IMG/VR virus record: IMGVR_UViG_3300002026_000008
Coordinates: 1 to 64,000 of that record
Length of the DNA: 64,000 bases
Direction: 5' to 3' (one strand)
Origin: a virus
Lineage: Duplodnaviria; Caudoviricetes
Below, piece by piece: positions 56,160-64,000 of the stretch (its first letter is position 1; each line of letters begins with the position of its first letter). Both the position numbers and the translations under genes were made by a program. Below the pieces are notes generated by a model. The model worked only from the letters and a program-made list of their open reading frames with translations. It did no database searches and was not told the DNA's origin.

Positions 56160-58037
56160 TTATGCAGCTTGAAGATCAAGCCAGACTTTACGATCACCAG
56201 CACGTGAACGGTTAAAAGCAAGATCAATCGAATCAAAATCTTGCTCATCAACAATAACAAGGGGTACCAAATATTTGTCTAGATTGCTAACATACTCAGT
56301 AAATTCCTTCGTAGTACTAGTACCCAAACCTTTGTAATACTTCTTGGTGTATTTCACGTTTGGATTCTTTGCTTCCCATTCGTTAAATACGCTTTCATTG
56401 AAGAATTCAAGTGTCTCATTCTTCGTGAATGCCTTAAGCAATGGTGTTTGAAAGCGATAAATAACACCCATAGTCAATAGTTCAGGCCAGTAAGTACGAA
56501 TCATATTCAACAACAAACCAGTGATGTGAAAACCATCAAGGTCTTGGTCAGTCATACAACAGATTCTACCAAATCGAAGTTGTTTGATGTCAGTAATAGG
56601 TACACCGATTTGCAATCCGGTGATCTTGATGAATGCCTGAAAAACTGCATTGTTGTAAACTTTATCAGGATCAACATCACAAACATTAAGTGGTTTGCCT
56701 CTCAATGGATACACACCCATCCAACGTTTATCTGCACAGGATTGAATCGTCTTAGCAGCAGAATCACCTTCAGCAAGGAAGAGAATACATTTGTTACGTT
56801 CGTGTCGTTCATTTGCATCAGCGAATTTTTCGACACGTCGTGGATCAAACTTCTTAACATCCTTATTCATTTCACGCTCTTTAGCGCGCCGAGCAGCTTC
56901 TTCCTTTGCTTCAATCAGATCAAGAACTGATTGAATGATCGGAGAAGCGACGATCTTCGCAATAATCTTGTCTGATACTTTATACGTTGTCTTCCATTCA
57001 CCAGGAGGAGAGATCATACTCTCCTTTGTTTGTGAAGAGAACTTCGGACGGTTGATCGTAGCAGAAACGTAGATACGCATATGAGCGCGGATATCACCAG
57101 GCTTCACATCAACCTTTTTCTTCTTCTTGAAGTATTCACGGAGACGTTCGGTCACTTGGTTGATAATGTAATCACAGTGCATACCGCCATTGTACGTATC
57201 AACAGAATTTACGAAGCTGATATGCTCATAACCGTCAGATGCACCATATGCGACGGACCAACCTTCATCATTTTCCTCATAGATCACTTCAGGATCATAA
57301 TACTTTGCATAATCCTTGAAGGTTGCAATGTAAATACGAACACCGTTGAAGTAAAACTTTACCTTTGGGTTACATCCTGCAGCATCAACTACCTTCTTAG
57401 CGATTTTTGCTTTGTGATCAGCATCCATTCCATCCATTGCAAAAAACTTGTAGTCAGGAGTAAATGAAATCTTTGTATATGCACGATCATAAGGCTTTAC
57501 TTTTGGTTCTGACCTCTTGGTCATACCTTCACTAAAGTGCATACGTAGAAGTTTCTTACCATCACAACTCTCAATAGCAAATTCGCTTGAGAGCACATTT
57601 GTAATGGTTGAACCTACACCGTTCGTTCCTATCAAAGCTTGGTCATCATCATCATTGAAGTTTGACCCTGCACGAAGATTTGAGAAGATTGTTTCAGCTA
57701 CAAATTGACCGGTCTGAGGATGTTTTTCAACAGGAATACCTCTACCATTATCAAACACACTGATTTCACCAGTATCGGAAATTTCAACCTTGATTGTATC
57801 AAGGATACCTACAGCGCGCTTTGATTCGTCAATAGCGTTGTCAAGAATTTCAGAGAAAATCTTGATAAAAGCTGGGATATAACGAATAGTGCGGCGCTCC
57901 ATTTTCTTTTCTGCTTCATTGAACACCCATTCTTCAGTATCCTGGAATGAAGTTGAACCGGCATACATACCAGTACGTTTACGGATGTGTTCCACCTCGG
58001 AAAGTACCTGGTATGTCTGTGCGATATCTTTTGTCAT
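56160..58037 (-). CDS. DNA topoisomerase II large subunit (fused gp39+60, GyrB-like)
   Basis: EILDNAIDE, DNGRGIP, GTNGVG, EGDSA, PLRGK, DQDLDG, YYKGLG. Confidence 0.96.
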   Translation of the reverse strand: MTKDIAQTYQVLSEVEHIRKRTGMYAGSTSFQDTEEWVFNEAEKKMERRTIRYIPAFIKIFSEILDNAIDESKRAVGILDTIKVEISDTGEISVFDNGRGIPVEKHPQTGQFVAETIFSNLRAGSNFNDDDDQALIGTNGVGSTITNVLSSEFAIESCDGKKLLRMHFSEGMTKRSEPKVKPYDRAYTKISFTPDYKFFAMDGMDADHKAKIAKKVVDAAGCNPKVKFYFNGVRIYIATFKDYAKYYDPEVIYEENDEGWSVAYGASDGYEHISFVNSVDTYNGGMHCDYIINQVTERLREYFKKKKKVDVKPGDIRAHMRIYVSATINRPKFSSQTKESMISPPGEWKTTYKVSDKIIAKIVASPIIQSVLDLIEAKEEAARRAKEREMNKDVKKFDPRRVEKFADANERHERNKCILFLAEGDSAAKTIQSCADKRWMGVYPLRGKPLNVCDVDPDKVYNNAVFQAFIKITGLQIGVPITDIKQLRFGRICCMTDQDLDGFHITGLLLNMIRTYWPELLTMGVIYRFQTPLLKAFTKNETLEFFNESVFNEWEAKNPNVKYTKKYYKGLGTSTTKEFTEYVSNLDKYLVPLVIVDEQDFDSIDLAFNRSRAGDRKVWLDLQAA

Positions 58038-58076
58038 TTATGATTTCCTAATTGATGAATTGCTGTACATATGATT

Positions 58077-58105
58077 ATAGTATCATAAACGATAATAAAA
58101 GTAAA
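58077..58105 (-). promoter_or_regulatory. sigma70-like promoter
   Basis: TTTACT-N17-TACTAT with TG. Confidence 0.7.
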
Positions 58106-58132
58106 CAGATTGATGTCAAAATATGAAAAGAT

Positions 58133-60497
58133 TTAAAGAGTTATAGTGAGCAGACCTTTGTCATTCTTAATCGTTCGAACAACTTCATATTCAGCGATGT
58201 CGAACTTTGTACCGAATTCAAGCAACGTCAATTCTTGGGTCTTACGATTACGCAGCACTTGATATTTTTTCTTAGCTGGAGCCTGATAAATTGTGATATC
58301 GGCTAATGGAGCACAAAGAATTGATAGTGAGTTAAATTCGAATACTCCTGGCACAAAAATATCAGTAGTAACAACTATAGTACCTGCTGGATTAAAGGAA
58401 CTATTAAGTCTTGCCATATACTGATTCGGGTAAATTGCTTGGCACACCACAGGACCGGTTACCGGTAGATTATAGATCAATGATGTTCCGTGATGGATAA
58501 ATTGGCCATCAGACATCATGGCCAATGGAGCCATGCTGAGATCATTTTCGCTGATACCGGCGTTACAATATCTACCATCGTCCATGTATGCACGAGGTAC
58601 GCAATCACGCATTCTAAACATCATTAAACGAAATTCATCATCTCTTGATTCAGGAATATGAGCAATAAACTTAAAAATTTCGCCGTTCCGGCTAACACAT
58701 AATGCACCAGTCTTTACTAAATCTAAATTAAATGGTTGAAAATTTTGAAGTGGGTCAACTTTGATATTTTTTACATCTGCAGTAATTCTAATCGACATTT
58801 ATTTCTCCGTTATTAATCAACAAGGTTAAACAGTTCTGATTCTTTGGTCCAATTATATGATGTACCATTATATGAATACACCCAATAATACGCCTGATTA
58901 CAACCACTTTCAAATTGCACAGGTTTGGATAAATCCATAGCTACTACAAGTTCTGTGGTAATATTATTAGGTATTGTCAATTGTGCTCTAGTGGTGACAG
59001 GGGCCATATATGAAACGTTGTTGTCACGAGCCAATAAACTTGGTAACTCTACGGGTTTTACTTCTTGTGCAGATACAGTATCAGTGACAGTTGACTCTGT
59101 TTGATCCAACTTCATATCATTAAGGATTTCAAACTTTGCAGCAGAAATAATAGCACTAACAATTTGTTCAGATAACACAATAAAGTTATTCGTATAATTA
59201 TCTGCTAAACTACACATAATATGCACAGCTTCTTCTGCTGCAACATTCTTAATTTTTTCAGTCATATCAGTTCCTTGCTATTTAAACCACCAGAAGACAG
59301 GAGTAACACAGATAATGCGGTCATACTTCGAAACAGTTCTCATTGTTCGCCAACTGATGACAGCAGTCACTTTATCGTATTCTCGTGTTTGATCATTGTA
59401 CAACCATTTAGCAAATATTTTGCTATATACCAAGCACAGTAATTTATTCACCCATCACCTTTACATTCTGTTTTCTGAGAATATTAATCTCATTAAAGGT
59501 ATTGCGCATAATCAGAATACTAATGGCTAATGCTATTCCCGTAAACCATGCGCCGAACCAAACAAGAACTAGCACGTACGATACGCTAATCATAAACGAC
59601 AATTGAGGAAAAATTGGGTATCCAATTTTTCCATCAACAGCAATCTTTGTTCGTGTGTCTTCAGATATCAAAAGTAATGATACTATCAATCTGAACCAAC
59701 TAATAAACAGCACTAAATTGATTGCACCATTGATGTTACCGAAAAAACCATACCAGAATGCAGCAGCTAAAACAATCTGATAAATAAACCATTTTACATA
59801 TGCCATAAGTATTATCCTGTTATAAAAATTTGTTAAGTACCGCTTTTAATTCAATGCAGGTAAGTGCAGCACCATTCGCTTTACTATATCGATATACCCG
59901 GTCTGCATACATCTGTTTCTGCTTATTACAATATACATCTAATGACGTTTCATCTACTTTCATTTCTTCTGCATCACGAATAATAGCATAACCACCATAA
60001 CAACCTTCAGCCTGATTAACTAATTTACCGATATATGACAGTGATTCATTTTCATTTAAATGTAGTTTTGATGGCACGGCATCACAGATAATACCAGCAA
60101 ATTTTAATGCATCTTTAGTTGCCTTTAACACGACTAAAAGCTCCAACTGTTCTTTTAAAAGTTGGTCACGCTCATTTTCCAATTTCGTAATCAAAGCATC
60201 CTGCGGTTCTATGCCTGTTATTGTAGCCTTCTTTGAAAATATGTATGTGCTATCAGTGAATAAATTTGGTGGAAGTTTAAAAGCATAATCAACACTTTGT
60301 CCAAACCCTGTTACATTGTAGTCAATTTGCTCAGTGAATGTTGCAACTTCACCATCTGCCTTTTGATATAAGGCACAACTAGAAATACGAGAATCCGGAT
60401 TACTCGACAAAATGCATTTCGATGACCCCAATACTGTTCTAGGGGCAGTTCGATGCAGACACCGACCATGTTTAAAACACTGACAATCAACCGTCAT
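58133..60497 (-). CDS. four hypothetical ORFs (58133-58798, 58813-59265, 59444-59806 membrane, 59820-60497)
   Basis: Co-oriented with RBSs; no recognised motifs. Confidence 0.6.
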
Positions 60498-60517
60498 AAA
60501 TAAACCTTTCCGGATGT

Positions 60518-60694
60518 TCAAAACAGTCGTGATAGTAAATAATTAAAACCGAAATTAATCCGTTTAAATTTTTCCATATCTTCTAATAGAGTGTTAAATG
60601 CTGAATCTGCCTGCACATAACTTTCAAAACCGATGATCGTAGTTTGGCACATTTGATTCGATTCACGCACAATCAAACATATTTGATAACTCAT
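60518..60694 (-). CDS. 58-aa hypothetical protein (not in ORF track)
   Basis: MSYQICLIVRES...; AAGGA RBS; follows promoter at 60737-60765. Confidence 0.6.
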   Translation of the reverse strand: MSYQICLIVRESNQMCQTTIIGFESYVQADSAFNTLLEDMEKFKRINFGFNYLLSRLF

Positions 60695-60736
60695 TTCTAT
60701 TCCTTTTATAGTATAAGATATAAATATAACAAGAAC

Positions 60737-60790
60737 ATTTTATCATATCGCTTTATGAAAGTAAACAGTGCGACAGTATGATTATAAATA
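60737..60790. promoter_or_regulatory. Divergent control region: sigma70-like promoter on - (60737-60765) and TATAAATA late promoter on + (60783-60790)
   Basis: TTTACT-N17-TAAAAT; TATAAATATAAATA. Confidence 0.7.
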
Positions 60791-60814
60791 TAAATATTAA
60801 TTCACACTAGGTAA

Positions 60815-61591
60815 ATGAGTATTATGAAATTTTCACATTATCTCCAAGAAGCCGTTAAACCGTTATTGACGGATAAAAGCAAGATTCATAACTTTCTGTA
60901 TGTGAATTTTATACGATCCAATAGTATCACTATTCACGATAATGGAGTAGTTGATGTCGCCGACAATATCAATCTGAGTAACTGTGATTTAACAGAACTT
61001 CCTATCCAATTTGGCAACGTGACAGGTAGATTTGATATTAGTAGCAATAAAAAACTGAAAAGTCTTCGCGGTTGTCCAAGAATTGTTAATGGTGCGTTTA
61101 ATGCTAACAATACTAGCATAACGTCATTAGATTATACCCCAGAGGAATGTTCATCTTTTTCTATTAGCGATAATAAAAATTTAACATCTCTAAAAGGTAT
61201 TGAAAAACTTAATAGGTGTGCTAGTTTCTATATCACAAATACCAATATTGATGGTTTAGAGTTTTTACAGAGTAAAGAGGCTAGCCTGTTATCTATATGC
61301 TACAATCCGCGAGTAACATCACTGCACAATATTCACATAAAATGCCCAAATTTGGAAAATCTGTATATATCTCCGAAATTTATTAAACGTGAGGTTCTAG
61401 GATTGTTGATGCTAAAGCAGCTTAAACAGCTTAAAGTGCTAGATGACGAAATGAATGCAGCTATACCCAATAAGTCAGTATGGGCAAAAATAGTATTAAA
61501 ATATATTGGTAAGAAATTCGATCGGCAGAATGTCGTAGAGTGTCAACGTGAATTAATAGACGCAGATTTGTCAGAATATGCAAAATTATAA
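60815..61591 (+). CDS. Leucine-rich-repeat protein with capsid-targeting-like leader
   Basis: MKFSHYLQE|A; LKSLRGCP, ITSLDYTP, LTSLKGIE repeats. Confidence 0.75.
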   Translation: MSIMKFSHYLQEAVKPLLTDKSKIHNFLYVNFIRSNSITIHDNGVVDVADNINLSNCDLTELPIQFGNVTGRFDISSNKKLKSLRGCPRIVNGAFNANNTSITSLDYTPEECSSFSISDNKNLTSLKGIEKLNRCASFYITNTNIDGLEFLQSKEASLLSICYNPRVTSLHNIHIKCPNLENLYISPKFIKREVLGLLMLKQLKQLKVLDDEMNAAIPNKSVWAKIVLKYIGKKFDRQNVVECQRELIDADLSEYAKL

Positions 61592-61601
61592 GGGAAATAA
61601 A

Positions 61602-62468
61602 ATGAAATTCATGGATTTTTTAGTAGAAGGTAAACCCATTCTGCTCAAGTCTGCAGTTGAAATTGAAACATGGTTGACAAAACATCATATCAAAGATTTT
61701 GTTATAACTGAGATAGATGGATCATTAACTGTACGTGTTAATGGTAATGTTAAATTTGAGAATGCTCATATTGAATATTTACCTGTTGTTTTTACCGAAG
61801 TAACAGGCACTTTCATCATTAATAAGTGTGGATTAAAATCACTTAAGGGTGTACCACAAATAATCGATGGTAATTTTAATTGTTCAAACAACAGACTTCA
61901 ATCACTTAGTTATGGACCAACTAATGTCGGCGGTGATTATAGCTGTAGTTACAATTTATTAACAATGCTAAAAAGCCCACTTAAACAATTAGCCGGAGGT
62001 TTCGACTTTTCACGCAATGTAAAATTGAAATCTATGGAAGGTATCATTGATATTGTTAATGGTGAAATGGATGGATCAAACTGTGATTTAAGATCACTAG
62101 AATTTTCGCCTAAAGAAGTTAATGGTACTTATAACGTTGGTGAGAATTTTAATCTCACATCATTAGAACATATTACACCAATTATTGGTGGTGATGTTTA
62201 CTTCAATTTGTGTAAGATTGAAAGTTTACGACACATTGCAAAATACCTTAAGAAATGTAAAACTTTCTATGTTACAAAAACGGTTATAAAAGAAATGATG
62301 GGACTGGTGATATTGAATTGTGAAACATTGTCATCTGATGTTTACGGTGATGAATATATTTGTAATAGAGCACTTGCAATTATTTTAAAATACCGCAAAT
62401 CAAAGAAAGTTTTAGACTGTCAAGAAGAATTAATTGCTGCTGAATTAGAAGGTCCTGCTGGCGGTTAA
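61602..62468 (+). CDS. Leucine-rich-repeat protein, paralog (start ATG 61602)
   Basis: MKFMDFLVE|G; about 7 repeats of 22 aa LxSLxxxPxxVxGxFxxSxN. Confidence 0.78.
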   Translation: MKFMDFLVEGKPILLKSAVEIETWLTKHHIKDFVITEIDGSLTVRVNGNVKFENAHIEYLPVVFTEVTGTFIINKCGLKSLKGVPQIIDGNFNCSNNRLQSLSYGPTNVGGDYSCSYNLLTMLKSPLKQLAGGFDFSRNVKLKSMEGIIDIVNGEMDGSNCDLRSLEFSPKEVNGTYNVGENFNLTSLEHITPIIGGDVYFNLCKIESLRHIAKYLKKCKTFYVTKTVIKEMMGLVILNCETLSSDVYGDEYICNRALAIILKYRKSKKVLDCQEELIAAELEGPAGG

Positions 62469-62911
62469 TCGTACTTATCCATTCCTTTGATAACAACGCT
62501 GATAATTTCAGCAAATGGACCTTGTTTTTTTGCAGCAAGGTCCATTAGTATTGATTTAATGTGGTTGTCACCACATTTTGTTAGTCTTAAAATTCTAACG
62601 AATTCTATTGTGAATGAAATAACTCGAGCTACTGATAGTTGTTTAATTGTGTTAATGTCACTTCTCAAAAAACCTAGTGATACAATTAAAGCAATAATTC
62701 CATATTCAATTGACTCACTAAACCCTAATATTAATAAGGTCGTAGCAAATATAAAATCTAACGCCAATCTGCAAACACGCTTAACACTAAAATCAAAAAT
62801 TACAGCTTTTAGTATCGCCATACGTGATACAATCTGTAATTGAACATCAAATGGTAATAACATTAAGTGTTGATTAACATCATCAAGCATTTCACTAATT
62901 GGTGAATTCAT
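62465..62911 (-). CDS. membrane protein (start probably MNSPIS)
   Basis: Two TM helices; promoter TTTACT-N17-TATAAT at 62934-62962. Confidence 0.6.
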   Translation of the reverse strand: MNSPISEMLDDVNQHLMLLPFDVQLQIVSRMAILKAVIFDFSVKRVCRLALDFIFATTLLILGFSESIEYGIIALIVSLGFLRSDINTIKQLSVARVISFTIEFVRILRLTKCGDNHIKSILMDLAAKKQGPFAEIISVVIKGMDKYD

Positions 62912-62999
62912 ATATTCCTTTTCAATAATTGAAATTATAACATCATTTGTATGAAAAGTAAACAATGTTTGATAAATAAACTATAACAACAATACCGGA

Positions 63000-63374
63000 G
63001 TGATCATGGAAACTTTTTTAAATATGTTGAAAAATGCTTTTGCTTCTTTTCAATTTACACCACACATCACATTCATTCTAGTAATATTTTTACTAGCACT
63101 GTATTTATGGTTTAAGGCATCAAAAAGAATAGATGATGCATTAGACTGGGTAGATTTGATAATTGAACCAACAACCGGTAAATTATCAACAACTAAACTA
63201 GGCCATTTATTTGGTATAGTTATTTCATCATGGGTTATCGTTACATTGACAGGCATTGACAAACTAACATTTGATATTTTTGGTTTATATTTAGCTTATG
63301 TTGGTGGTACATCTGGTTGGTCATCATATGTCAAGGCCAAATTTAATTCTACTGAAGATAAAACTGGAAAATGA
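63000..63374 (+). CDS. 3-TM membrane protein, holin-like
   Basis: Three hydrophobic helices, charged C-tail; GATAAATA at 62971-62978. Confidence 0.5.
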   Translation: MIMETFLNMLKNAFASFQFTPHITFILVIFLLALYLWFKASKRIDDALDWVDLIIEPTTGKLSTTKLGHLFGIVISSWVIVTLTGIDKLTFDIFGLYLAYVGGTSGWSSYVKAKFNSTEDKTGK

Positions 63375-63982
63375 AAATACTACAAGAACTTCTCAATATA
63401 AATTCTCGAATTATGCTAGAACGGGAGGGTGAGAGATATTACACAGAGCACGAAATTGAAAAATTAAGTGCACCGTCTGAACATAATACAAACACCATCT
63501 GCAAAGTTGGTAAAGTTGTATTTGATCAAATTAATGGGTTAGGTCAAACACCATATAATACCGATATTTTCTATTTCGGTTTTATTGCAATGATGACACC
63601 AAAGAATTTTTTGAAATTAGCTGCATCTGGCGGACGTCAACGAGAAGAAGCTGGACGTGATTTGCAAAAAGAAATAGAAAAAGGTAGATCGATTGCATCG
63701 CCATTTCTAGAAATCCCAGGTCGTGATGTGAAAGATAGAACGGAATTCATTCGAGTTCATGGGCATGAGGGACGTGGTAGATGTAACGCCATGGTAGAAA
63801 TGGGAATGGGATCGAAATTAATTCCTGTGCACATATTAACTAATCCTATTCGTGCACGATCATTAGTACAAGAAGACATTGAGCATATAGCTAAAAGCTT
63901 TACATCTGAATCGAATGGCGAGTTAGTAACCAATGTATTTAAGACATACTTCTTAGATCACGAAAACTATACAATAAAATAG
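63371..63982 (+). CDS. Hypothetical protein, possible ParB/Srx-like fold, MKILQEL leader
   Basis: SPFLEI...VHGHEGRGR. Confidence 0.5.
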   Translation: MKILQELLNINSRIMLEREGERYYTEHEIEKLSAPSEHNTNTICKVGKVVFDQINGLGQTPYNTDIFYFGFIAMMTPKNFLKLAASGGRQREEAGRDLQKEIEKGRSIASPFLEIPGRDVKDRTEFIRVHGHEGRGRCNAMVEMGMGSKLIPVHILTNPIRARSLVQEDIEHIAKSFTSESNGELVTNVFKTYFLDHENYTIK

Positions 63983-64000
63983 CATCTTTTATGAATACGA

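Noticed and set aside
59265-59444. Possible frameshifted small gene
   Set aside because: Short open stretches occur in several frames with no recognisable motif, so a pseudogene call cannot be supported.
1-64000. CRISPR array, tRNA or rRNA genes
   Set aside because: I saw no repeat-spacer periodicity and no cloverleaf. Gaps are short and explained by promoters, terminators or small ORFs. This was by eye only; tRNAscan-SE was not run.
1-64000. Stop-codon reassignment
   Set aside because: Conserved genes are full length in the standard code, and TAA, TGA and TAG all end genes at sensible coupled positions.

Overview
This is a 64 kb AT-rich segment of a large T4-related (jumbo-type) myophage genome in the standard genetic code. 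The left arm (+ strand, to about 24 kb) holds recombination, replication and nucleotide genes: uvsX, uvsY, uvsW, GH108 endolysin, class II ribonucleotide reductase, dUTPase, dCMP deaminase, GroES, clamp loader, two DnaE-like fragments, a Pol-beta nucleotidyltransferase and an HD protein. The middle (- strand, 24-44 kb) holds two mini-fibre/Gly-rich adhesin pairs, PhoH, ClpP, RNA ligase 1 and a tail-fibre-like structural cluster. The right arm (- strand, 44-60.7 kb) holds a macrodomain, thyA, a SLOG protein, a second RNA ligase, both topoisomerase II subunits and many small ORFs, followed by two leucine-rich-repeat genes on the + strand. Two promoter classes recur: TTTAC(T/A)-N17-TAnnAT (sigma70-like) and (T/G/A)ATAAATA (T4 late-type). 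The most notable features are five. (1) nrdJ is fractured by a split intein at the catalytic Cys, with an unexplained 120-aa passenger domain and a free-standing PD-(D/E)XK nuclease between the halves. (2) An intein-less, strongly minimised DnaE core is split over two genes 5 kb apart. (3) Two LRR proteins carry T4-like capsid-targeting leaders. (4) Late promoters sit in hairpin loops. (5) Two homing-endonuclease genes show readable decay events. All calls come from reading motifs by eye; no database search was run.
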